Source of the DNA: Anaeromyces robustus
Lineage: Eukaryota
Length of the DNA: 64,000 bases
NCBI GenBank assembly: GCA_002104895.1
Contig: MCFG01000012.1
Location: 186,001-250,000 of the forward strand
Direction of reading: 5' to 3'
Position 1 is the stretch's first letter, and every line of letters starts with the position of its first letter. Made by a program: the position numbers and the translations under genes. Below the pieces are notes generated by a model. It saw only the letters and a program-made list of their open reading frames with translations. It was not told where the DNA came from and made no database searches. Positions 22,601-38,868 of the stretch are shown here, piece after piece.

Positions 22601-23958
22601 GAATTAACTGAAAAAGTTGATATTAGATTCAATAATGATTGTTTCGTTTTCAAACCAAAAGAAAAGGATGAAAAATTATTAAAACAAGAAGAAAATGTTA
22701 GAGAACTTTCAAAATTTATTAGTACTGCTGTAATACCTGGATTCGTAAGCATTAAATACTTCTTATTAAAAATATTATTTTTTAAAATCAATTGTATTTT
22801 ATTATTTTATATAATATTTAAAATTTTTATTTAATATTTTTATAAAAAAATTAGATTGTTGATTTATCAGAAAATAAGATTTCACCAGTTGATGGTGAAA
22901 ATCTCACTAGTATTATGCATCAACGTGGTATAAATATGAGGTATCTCGGTAAAATTGCAAAATTAATTGAACAAGCTAATGAGAAAAAATTAAATTACTA
23001 TAATGTGAGTTTTTTTTTTTTTTTTTTTTTTTTTTCTAAATTCTATATATTATATAGAGACATATAATTTTTTATAGATTAATTATGAAATTTGTTTTAA
23101 TTTTTAAATATTATTAATATTATATAGAAAATCATTATTGATGAAATGGTTACTCGTTCCACTAAACATATTTTAAACAAAGCATTGAAGAATATTACTA
23201 TAGATCATGCATCACAATGTATATCTCATATTCTTAATTGTTTATATATAAAATCTTATGAATACATCAAAAAAGATTCATACGATTTCAATAAAATTAC
23301 TAATGAATCATTGTGGGCAGAAATTAAAGAAGATATTAAAAGACGTTTTAGATATGAACTATCTGATAATTATTACCTTGATAGAAAGATACCAATATTA
23401 AAAGCTTTATGTAAATGCATTGGATTCCAAATTGAAATGCGTGATTACGATTTTTTAAGCAATACAAGAATATTCAATTCTTCAGATATTCTTAATATAT
23501 ATCCAATTGTTAAAGCACCAAAGTTAAAGGTACAATATGCTCAATATGCTCAAGACAATGCTAGATCATATTTAGCTAAAGGTAATATTCAAGCTGGTTT
23601 GGAATTATTTAATGAAGCACAAATCTTATATGAACAAACTCATGGTAAAATATCGTCATATTTATATTGTATTTTTATAAATATTAAAAATCAAAAATTA
23701 AATATATAATTATAAATAACATATTTATGATACCATAAAAACAAAAGGTCCAATTAATCCAAATATTGCAAATTGCTGTCAAGAAATGGCTTTAATATAC
23801 TCTATTCAAGACGGTGAAGAAAATAAGAAATTAGCAAGAGATTATCAACAAAAGGCTATTATTATTTTTGAAAGAACAATTGGTGTTGATAATTCGGAAA
23901 CTATTATGCAATACGTAATTTTTTATTTTATTTTTGTTAAAACAAATACATTATTTAA

Positions 23959-24031
<73 letters not shown>

Positions 24032-25024
24032 TAATAATAATAATAATAATAATAATAATTTATATTATATATTTAATAATTAGTTTAATCTTGCATATTA
24101 TGAATTTAATCTTGGTAATATTAAGAAAGCATTATATTACATAAAGCATGCATTATATCATTGGAATTTATTAAAAAAGAATGAATTACATCCTAACGAT
24201 ACAAATGTTTTAAAAAGTATTGGTTCTATTTTAAGAAATATTAAATGCTATGAATTATCTTTAAAATTCTATAAACTTGTTTTAGATGCAAATAAGTTAT
24301 TTTATGGAAATAAACACTTAATGACTGGTTTAAGGTTAGTTTTAACTTTTATCTCTATATACTAATATTTTCAATTAATATTAAATCAATAGATTTTAAT
24401 ATATGATATTAAATTAAATAACAATAAATAAGTTATCATCAAGTTACCCAAAGTTATTGCCTTCTTAATGATTTTAAATCTGCTGTTAATACTGAAACAA
24501 ATACTTATAAAATATTATCAGAAGAAGTAAATAAATATTAAAATTATATTATAAATTATAATATAAGCAATTTAATAATTATATTATTTTTTTCTTTTAT
24601 AAAAATTAGTTCGGTGAAAATGATGAAAGAACTCTTGCAAGTAAAAGTCTATTATCACAACTAAAGAACCGCAATATTAAGGTAAAATACAATTTATTTG
24701 TTATAAATGAATATAAATATTTAATAAAATTTTAATAAATAATTATATATATTTATTAAATATAAATAATATTATTATAATTGCTTGTTTTAATGATAGG
24801 ACCAAGAATTAGATGCTAATAATAATGTAAGTATTTATTATTTTAAAATTATAATACAATAAAGCATAGACTATTAAAAATATTGTAAAACTATTTTTAT
24901 TATAATTGTATAGGATATTGGTAATTTACCAATTGAAGATATTATGAAATATATCTCTGGTGAAGTATCATACAAATCTATGTCAAAATTAGCAAAAAGT
25001 AAAAGTAAATCACCTTCACATTAA
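19683..25024 (+). CDS. CLU1: Clustered mitochondria protein (Clu1/TIF31/CLUH family), many exons
   Basis: Motifs LSSWNP..GDLLYLKVITLE.K.YHITASVNGFFINRST, RNWNEEF, VDYLGHRVVAQ, YLLDLYRLTPVD, PVDGENLTSIMHQRGINMRYLG and EMVTRSTKH, followed by TPR-like C-terminal exons. Confidence 0.93.
20444..20576. repeat. (TTTAA)n pentanucleotide array in a CLU1 intron
   Basis: Directly visible perfect array. Confidence 0.9.
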
Positions 25025-25077
25025 AATAAATAAAGTATAAGTTTTTTTAGCTTATTGAATAAGTGCTAATAAATTAA

Positions 25078-25116
25078 AACAATACTGACAAACAATACTG
25101 ACAAACAATACTGACA
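25078..25116. repeat. 13-bp unit x3 in the CLU1 3' region
   Basis: AACAATACTGACA repeated three times. Confidence 0.85.
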
Positions 25117-25223
25117 AATAACTAAATAAATAAATAAATAAATAAATATATTTAATTAATTAATTTTATTTTAAATAAATAATAGCATAGATTTATTTTA
25201 CTAAAGTCTAAACAAAACAGAAA

Positions 25224-25262
<39 letters not shown>

Positions 25263-25883
25263 AATATAAATATAAATAGAATTATATGTATATATTTTAT
25301 ATGAATTATATATATAACTATTTACGTATTATCATAATTATTTTAATTATTTTTTTTTTGTAAAAAAAAAAAAAAAAAGAGAAAAGAGAAATAATTGTAC
25401 CATTTATTTATTTATCTATTATAATTTAAAAAATAATATATATAATAATAATTTATAAATAATAATATTTATTTTCATATTCAATTTATTTTAATTATAA
25501 ATTATTTTCTTTAGAAAAATTTAATTTACATCTATTAGAAGAAAAAATCTTTTAAAATAGAAATAAATTATTTTTTCAATATTATATATTAATGTCATGT
25601 TTAATAAGCAATTATAGAATAAATAAATAAAAAAAATAATATAAAGTTATTTTAATTTTAAATTATTTTTTTTAGAAAATTTTAATCGTATAAAAAAATT
25701 CTTTTTCTAATATAAAATTATTACATTATTATTTATTTAATAATTTTTATTACATAATAATAAAAAGTTTTTTTATTCAATTTTTTAAATTTAAATTTCT
25801 GAAAAGTTTTAAAATAATTTATAAAAATAAAACGTTATTTTTTAATAAATATATTATTAAAAACTAAACTATAATAATTATGA

Positions 25884-25979
25884 ATATTCAGAACTAAATT
25901 GCGTGCATTAGATGATTACAAAATCACCTTTTCACTAGAGGTGTCAGAAATAAAAATTAATAGGTTATCATCATATATA
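25884..25979 (-). ncRNA. SNORD60: Box C/D snoRNA, SNORD60/snR48-like guide for LSU rRNA Gm (yeast G2793 equivalent)
   Basis: Minus strand: box C AUGAUGA (25974-25968), guide UUUCUGACACCUCUA antisense to conserved LSU rRNA UAGAGGUGUCAGAAA, D' GUGA (25935-25932), C'-like GUGAUUU, box D CUGA (25891-25888). Flanked by a perfect 17-bp inverted repeat (25871-25887 / 25977-25993). The D'+5 rule places methylation on the second G of CUAGAG; rRNA numbering is from memory. Confidence 0.88.
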
Positions 25980-26431
25980 TTCATAATTATTATTACTAGT
26001 TTTATCATTATCTTTATATAAGAATAACATATAAAACTAATAAATGAAAAAAAAATAATAATTATTAGTATATAAATTTATTATTATATATAATTATTAT
26101 TTTTTTTTAACTTGATTAAAAAAAAATTTTCTGAGGAATACCATCTACTTTTATAGTTTAGAAATTATTTCTAACCAATCATATATTGAGATATTCATTG
26201 ACTCTAGAATATGATTTGTTGGAAAATCAATAGTTTTTTTTATAATATTTTTATTAAATTAAAAAAAAAAATATAATAAAAAATCAAAACTTTATTAAAG
26301 AAGAAATGAGGTTTAATATGTTAATATATTATTAAAATGAAAATAGATAATGAGTAAAAATGAAAAATATAATAACATTATAACAAAGTCTTATACAAAA
26401 ATTTTTATTGACTTATCACGTGACATCATAT

Positions 26432-26731
26432 GAATGTATCGAAGCCCTTAGGATTTGACTTTAACCCTTAATAACAGGTCCAAGTCTATAAGCCTCTCAT
26501 ATATACAATAGTTACCAAGGGAACTATCCAATATTAGAAAGCAGCATCCCATATTATTAGAATACACTAATATTATTTTATGAGGCTTAAATAGACACAA
26601 ATTAACCTGAAGCAAGTCTCTCTTGTCATAGTGTAACCGTTCAGGAAAAAACCACTGTATTTGAGGTAGAACCAGAAGCCTTATATATGTTAAGGAAATG
26701 GTTTAATAACCAGGATAAAGACTGACCGATT
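26432..26731 (-). ncRNA. ~300-nt structured RNA with hairpin / H-box / hairpin / ACA layout; family not identified
   Basis: GC-enriched island with nested helices. G-U pairs mostly favour the minus strand. H-box-like ACACUA at 26634-26629; ACA+3 nt at 26437-26432. Confidence 0.6.
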
Positions 26732-27015
26732 TAAATTTAAATAAATTAAAGTTTTTTTCTTTTTTTTTTTTTTTTTAAAATTAATATTTTTATATATTAA
26801 TAATTCAATACTATAAGCCACTAAAACTGAATATTTAAAAAAATTTAAATTTATATATATATTAATGTGGCTTTATCTGTTAATGGAATTTATTGAATTA
26901 TTTTTTTTTTTTTTAAAAAAAATTAATATTATTACCTTTTTTTTTCTAGAAATTTAAAATTACATCTTTTATTAATATAAATAAAAAATTATAAATTTTT
27001 AATATATAATATAAA

Positions 27016-29191
27016 ATGGAATCCATAAAAGAAGTAATTATTTAATTATTTTTATTATGTATATTTAATTGAAATTCGAAGTTAATTAATGTTTAAAAAA
27101 ACATTTTGCAACTTATTAATTTTAATAATTTATAATTTACAATGAAATTATTTATTGAAATATCAATAATATAATTAATAATATTATTATAATACATAAA
27201 TATATATATTATTTTTTGAAATAAATATATTTATATATAAAAGCTTTTTGATTTTTTAATTGACTTAAAGCCAGAAGTAAGAAGAATTGCTGTTGAACAA
27301 GTTTTAACATTTTCCAATTCTCCAGAATATGTTCCATTATTTTTAGACGAAGACATGAAAGCAATTAAAAGTCTAAAATTATTAGTCAATGATACACCTG
27401 TAATATTTTAATTAATATAGCAATAAATAAATTTAAATGAATATTATTTTATTCTGTTTCCTTCCTTTATATAATATATTTTATAATAAAAAATATATAT
27501 AACTAAATAAAAATAAAAACTAAAATAATATAATAAAATAGTTAATTGCCCAATCTGCTTTATCAGCTTTAATTAATCTTTCTAGTAAAGTTGAAATTGC
27601 TTCACAAATGACTGATGAAAGATTTTTAGCCGATATAATTAAGATTATTTTAGTAAGTTGAATTTATTTAAGTTTTTAACAAATAATTAAATTAGAATTA
27701 CTTAATAAAATATATATTAAATCAAAATAATATTAAATTGTCAAAATAATATTAAAATATCAAAATACTATTAAATTATCAAAATAAATATATATATTTT
27801 TTTTTAAAAAATATTAAAGAATACTGAATCACCAAATTCTGATATTGCTTGTATGTTATTATCCAATTTATCAAAATCTGAAACTGTTTCTGACAAACTT
27901 TTACCAAGAAGTGATTTAGATGATAATACTAAATTAAGAACAGAATTTACTACTATTGGCAAATTAGTTGATATATTTGTAAGAGGTGAAAGTAATAAAG
28001 TTAATAAATTTGCTAACTACGATCATCTTAGTGGTGTTTTTGCTAATATTACCAAGGTATATACAAATTTAAATAAATTTAAATTAATGAAGTATTAAAT
28101 AAATAAATATTATAATTTCATATAAATTTATATATATATAATATTATAAATAGTTACCACAAGGACGTAAACACTTCCTAAGAAATGTTGAAGATTCCGA
28201 ATATAATTGCCTTTTAGGTAATATCATATGTTTCACCGAACATCCAAGTTTATTACGTCGTGGTGGTGTTATTTCAACAATCAAGTATGACAATATAAAT
28301 AATTATCTATAATATTTTAATTATAAAATCAAGAAAAAAATAATAACAAAAATCAATTATTAATCTAATCAATTATTGTTTATTTTTTTTTATTTATTTA
28401 TTTATTATTTTTTAATTTTTTATATTATTTTTTATATTAGAAATTGCTGCTTTAATATTGAAGCTCATGAAAATATGTTAGATCCAAATGGTCTCAATCT
28501 CTTGCCAAGAATCTTATTACCACTTGCTGGTCCTGAAGATTTTAATGATGAGGAAATGGAAGCTTTACCAGATGAAGTAATTATAATCACAAAATTTATA
28601 AATTATTAATATAATGTAGAAATAAGTAATATATTAACAAAATTCTACTTTTTATATAAAATAATTAAAATTAAAATTAAAATTAAAATTAAAATTAATA
28701 ATATTAATAATAGCTTCAATTACTTGAACCTACTAAGAAACGTGAAAGTGATAGTTATATGAGAGAATTATTAATTGAATCTTTAATTTTACTTGCTACT
28801 ACTAAATATGGAAGAGATTATTTAAGAAACCATTCTGTATACCCAATTATTCGTGAAGTAAATAAACTTGATAAATATTTAATAAAATATTTGATTTGCT
28901 ATCATAATATAATAAAAATTTATTTCAAATAAAATTTTATTATATTTTATTTAAAAAAAAATAGAGTGCTATTAACTAAAATTATATTAATATATATATG
29001 TTACTTTATTTTTAAAGATGGATCTACAAGAAACTGATGAACGTGTTCACGAATTAGCCTTAAAGTATGTTAATATGACTATGAGACCTGATGATCCAAA
29101 TGAACAAGAAGATCTTACTAAACATACTGAATATGTTAAAACTAAACATCTTGAAAAGGATGAAGAAGAAGTTATTGATGAATTAGATTAA
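27016..29191 (+). CDS. HGH1: Hgh1/FAM203 (eEF2 chaperone, ARM-repeat protein)
   Basis: Spliced motifs ALINLS, ACMLLSNLSK, YDHLSGVFANIT, FTEHPSLLRRGGVISTIKNCCF, LLPRILLPLAGPEDFNDEEMEALPDELQLL..TKKRE and GRDYLRNHSVYPIIRE. Confidence 0.95.
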
Positions 29192-29972
29192 ATTTTAATC
29201 ACGAAAAACAAAAACAATTAATATATATAAAACACAAAATTTTTTTATTAGTATTATTATCATAATTTATCAGCAGCTATTTAATTTAGAATATTTTTAT
29301 AGAATATAATATAAAATAAAATAATTTATATTAAAAGAATAACAGAGAAATAATATATTATTATTTATAGTCAGTATATATTTAAAAATAAAAAAAAATT
29401 ATAAGAATAAAAATAAAAATAAAAATAAAAATAAAAATAAAAATAAAAATAAAAATAAAATTAAAATTAAAATAAAAATTAAAAAAAAAAAAATAAAAAT
29501 AAAAATAAAAAACAAATAATTAAAAAAAAAAAAAAGAAAAAAAAGAAAATCAAGATTTTTAACTTATTAAATAATAAATAAATAAATAAATAATATTTAT
29601 ATTAATAAATGTTAACTTATTAAATAAATAGAAATAAAAATAATATTTGTATTAATAAATGTAAGTAAATGAGTACTTTTTTTTTTTATTTTTAAATTAT
29701 AAAATATTATTTATATTTATTATTTATTTTTAAGAGAAAAAAGAAAAGGGAGAATGGAAAAGGGAAATATATACCTAACCTTTCGTAGAATTATGAAAGA
29801 GAAATTCTCTCAGTTGTAATTGGGCATGGCATAATAATTATTATATATATATAAAAAATTGTTATATTAAAATAAAAAAATTTTTTTAATAATATTTTTA
29901 ATTAAATCAAATCAATCTATTTATTATATAATTGTTATTTTTCTGTATATTAAAAGTTTAATTTAGTTTAAA

Positions 29973-30246
<274 letters not shown>

Positions 30247-30469
30247 CACTTTTTAATATAATCATTTAATTAATTAATTTTAAAATTTCAATTTAATAAT
30301 AAATAAAATTACAAACATAAAAAAAAAAGAAATTATTCCTAATATCAAAAATTTTTAATATATAGAACTGAACTAAACATACATTTGAAATTTGTTTAAT
30401 ATTTAATTTATAATACATCTTATATTATATTTATTTAGCAATTAGTATATAAAGTATTATTATAAAGAT

Positions 30470-34456
<3,987 letters not shown>

Positions 34457-34498
34457 ATCTTTCAATAATTAACATTATATTTAAATGAAATTAAAAAA

Positions 34499-34613
<115 letters not shown>

Positions 34614-35204
34614 ATAGAAAAAGAAAATTATTTTTCAAAATAATATATATATATACATAAAATAATATATTTTTATATAGGAGAGTATTATAATAAATTT
34701 GAAAAATAGTTATTGAAAAAAATTTGAACTGTTAATCGACACGTTAAATAAATACGGATAAACGAATGAAAAATATGAATACTTTTTACTTAAGAGAAAG
34801 GATTTATAATAATTTATAGTTCCTTCAAAAAAGAATTCATGTTTATATAAAACGATGTTTATAATTTATAATAAAATTAATTTTATTTATTTATTTATTT
34901 ATATAATAAAAAAAAAAAAACTTGAAATAATAGTAGCAAAAGAATAAATAAATTATTGATTTATAATTACATTGTAATGTTTCTATAATAATACTCTGAT
35001 TAATAAAAAAATACATATAGAGAAATGTATATATAAATATACAAATATACTTAAATAATAAATACTAAATTTGGTTAATTTAATGTTTAAATTATGATTA
35101 AAATTAAAATATATGAAGAAATGTACATATAATAATTATGAAAATAAAAATTTATATTTAAATAATAAATGCTAAATTTGGATAATTAAATGTTCAAAAT
35201 ATTG

Positions 35205-37132
35205 TTAAAATTCAAATTTTGAATACATAGTTTTTGAATCATTAATAGAATTTTTTACTTGCTTTTCTTTCAATTCTAATGTATTTAATATTTTTTTAAA
35301 TTCTTCAATTTTACTTTTATAATGTTCTGCAACGACTTTATCCCTTACTTTATTTCTATCATAGCGTTCATAAGCTCGTTTAATTTGATAATTTAAATCA
35401 TTGATTTGTTTTTGAATTTGTAAAAGTTTCATATTGTTTTCTTTTTTACTTTTTTTACTTGCAATTTCTTGCTTTTTTCTTTTTAAAGATGTACTTTTTA
35501 TTTCATCTTTATTTTTATCCTTACCATTATTAATTTCTTCTAATTTTGATTTTGTTTCAATAGCATATAATTTTCCTTTTGCTTTTTTATTTATACTAAC
35601 ATTTAAAAAATCAAAAACATCAGAATCAATACTTTCCATACTATTTAGCTTCCTTTTTCTTTGTTTTTTTTTCATTAAGATAAGTTTTCTTTTTTCTTGT
35701 TCCTTTTGTCTTTTAATTGTTAATTCTTCTATTTCATCTATTTCAAAATCTAAACCTTTTCCCGGTGGTCGTATCTCAATTTGAATAGGATTAATAATAC
35801 CTTCGCCATTTATACCTAAACCTTTTCCCTTTTTTTTTTTTTTATATTATTATTTTTATTTTATTTTTATAATATTGAATATTTTTAATACAATATAAAA
35901 TAAAATACATAAATATTTTTAAATAATTAATAATTTCAACTTTGGAACATACATGTTCATATCCCATTTTTTTCATTAATTGAGAAGCTATACCTTTTGT
36001 ATGTTTTTCCTTATTTTATATATAAATGTTAGTTAGTTATACTTTGCTTGCGTTTTATAAACATAATAATAATTCTATTATGTTTATATTAATCACTATT
36101 ATTATCATCATCATCATCATCATCATTATTATCATTATTATTATTTTATTTATTTATTTATCTATTTATTAATTCAGTATTATATTATATTTAAGAATAG
36201 CATACCCATTCACCAAAAGAACTATTATTACCTAAAAATTTTAAGGAGTCATCAGTAATACTTGTACTATTAGATAAACTTTCATAGTTAAATTCTTCAA
36301 ATGAATTACTATCTGATGAATAAGAAGTTATATCTGAATCTGAAGAATAATTATTTTCTGAATCAGACCATTCATCTAGTATACTTTCTATATCCATACC
36401 ACAAACAGGTATTATATTTTCAGGAGTAATTTCTTCATACTCATCATAACCTTTATATTTAATTATAAACTTATCAACATGTTTAGTATTCTCATTTTCA
36501 ATTCTTCTAATAATTTTTGCTAGATACCACACAGAATCTTCATATTTAGCAAAACAAATACCTTTTTCTTTTAGTGTTTTAATATCAAGTATATCATATG
36601 ATAAAATTAAACCCTTATTTATTTCAATACCATGTGAATGATTACAATTTAAATTACAATTGTATTTCTGACATGGAATTAGATTTTCGTTTATAGGTGT
36701 TATTAAAAGAACTTTACAATTGTCGCTTTCATTATCTAATTCAGTTATCATTCCTGGCAAAAAAAAAATATGACCGTCATTTTCTAAAGGAATACAACAT
36801 TTTAAACCTTCTTTTATGATATCTGCTTTTAGTAAATATTTATTAAATATTTCTGTGGATGTATTTTCAGAAGTTGCTGAACATGTTGAGGATGATACAC
36901 TTCTATCATTATAACTATCTGATGTTTTTATGGAATTTGTTGATGAAGATATTCCTTCTACTAAATTTAATAATTTTTTTTTTTTCTCTTCTATTAAACT
37001 GGCTTCTTGTAATTGCTTTAAATGTGATAAATCTTGATAAAGAGATAAAATTTCTTGATTATTAGGATCTAAATCAATCAAATTTTTTAATTGATTTAAT
37101 TGCTCTACAGTTTGTTGATACTCTTCTTCCAT
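35205..37132 (-). CDS. ZGPAT: Zinc finger CCCH-type with G-patch domain protein (Tudor + G-patch)
   Basis: Three exons. Tudor-like CFAKYEDSVWYLAKI; G-patch FGEW|EKHTKGIASQLMKKMGYEH|GKGLGINGEGIINPI..PPGKGLD; C-terminal coiled coil ending KFEF. Confidence 0.9.
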
Positions 37133-37334
37133 TCTTTTAAATCATCTTTTATATATTATTATTATTATTTTATGAATATTTTATTTAATTAATAGTTTAA
37201 AAAACAATATAAAAATATAGACATTTGTTTATTTAAAATATTTTTTAAAATGTATTAATTATTTAATATACAAAAAAAAAATTATATTAAAAAAAATAAA
37301 ATAAAATAAATAAATAAATAAATAAATAAATAAG

Positions 37335-37390
<56 letters not shown>

Positions 37391-37419
37391 ATACAATTAT
37401 TGTATTTAAATATATATAA

Positions 37420-37650
37420 TCATATTATACTTTTCATAATTTTAAGAATAGATGATTTTTCTTTAGTAAGAAATGAAATGAAGTTTAATTATCAGCATAA
37501 TTATAAGATGATTATTAATTTAATAAGATAAAACTTTAAATATCATATTATACTTTTCTTATTTATTTAATTAATTTTAGGAATAAATGATTTTTCTTTA
37601 GTAAGAAATTAAACAATATCATTAATTTAATAAGATAAAACTTTAAATAT
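37420..37650. repeat. Imperfect ~120-bp direct duplication upstream of ZGPAT
   Basis: The blocks ATCATATTATACTTTTC, ATGATTTTTCTTTAGTAAGAAAT and ATTAATTTAATAAGATAAAACTTTAAATAT each occur twice in the same order. Confidence 0.75.
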
Positions 37651-38299
37651 TAAATGATACAAGTACACTCATAATTAATAATATTAATACTTGTATCTGA
37701 CAGAATATTAATTCATAAAAAACTTATAATAAAATTATGTAATAATAAATAAATGAGTAAAATAATTAATGTAATGTTAATAGAATTAAATATAAAATTC
37801 GAATTACTAATTTTAATTAGCAACAAATTTTATAATGAAAAATTAAATGTTTTATTAAACCTTTATAATTCTCAATTATTTAAATGTTAATAAAAGAAAT
37901 TTTTATTAAAAATTTTATTTTTTCAGTATCATTTCATTTTTAAAGTTTTTAAAAATACAGATAAAGGTTTTTATATTACATAATAACTAATAATAATAAA
38001 AATATTATTATTAATTAATTATTAGTTTTTTTATCAATGCTATTAAAGAAAATACGATTAATAGTTGTGAATCACTTACATGACAATAATAAATACTTGA
38101 ATAAAAATGATTAATGAACAATATGAATAATTAATAAACAATATGATTTTCAATTCAGATAAATAATAATTAAGTTTTTAATAATATTATGAAGAATAGA
38201 ATATTAGTTTTTTTTATTATATATGGTACAAATATTATTTTTAACATATTATGGTCTTATAATATCCAAGTTAGAAATAAAAAAAAAATTATTATAAAA

Positions 38300-38369
<70 letters not shown>

Positions 38370-38868
38370 TAATTATAATATAATTCATCTAAAAATATAT
38401 ATATTTAAAATTTTATTAAAAAATATCCCATTTATAAATAACAAAGTAAGGAAAAATAAAAAATAAAATATTAATATTTAAAATTGTTAATTATTTTTAA
38501 ATACTCATTTTTAAAAAATCTTATTTTTTTCTAAAATATTTTTTAAAATTATAATTAATTTAAAGCATTTTCCTAATATATAATATTTCAAATATAAATT
38601 ATAAATATTATATTTGAATTATTATTTTATTTTAAAAATTAAATTCATTAAAAAAAGTTAAATTGCTTATTACATTTTTTTATCATTTTTTGATATAATT
38701 TTCCAAATTTTTTAAACTTTCTTATTTTTCCTTTATTCTTATTTATTTTTAATTATTTTTTTTCTTTTTTTATTATTTATTAGATATAGAATTATCGTAT
38801 TTTATTATTATAAAAATACTTATATTTAGTAATATTTTATAGTAATAAATAATAATTAATAATATAAA

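Noticed and set aside
26680..26698. U12-type branch point TTTCCTTAAC followed by AAG on the minus strand, and U12 snRNA-like GCCTTA..TAAGGAAA on the plus strand
   Set aside because: No RTATCCTT donor upstream and no Sm site or 3' stems of U12; the motif is explained by a hairpin of the structured RNA.
26410..26731. RNase MRP/P, SRP or U17/snR30 identity for the structured RNA
   Set aside because: Only scattered partial words match (AAACCAU, GAGGCUUA, CAGGUCC); the order and spacing of conserved regions do not fit.
29778..29815. TPP riboswitch-like words (CUGAGA, AUAAU, CGAAAGG) on the minus strand
   Set aside because: Lacks the UGAU junction and the P2/P4/P5 pairings; no thiamine gene nearby.
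37655..37700. 10-bp inverted repeat GATACAAGTA/TACTTGTATC with C/D-like ends
   Set aside because: Box C is imperfect and there is no guide sequence; plausible by chance in AT-rich DNA.
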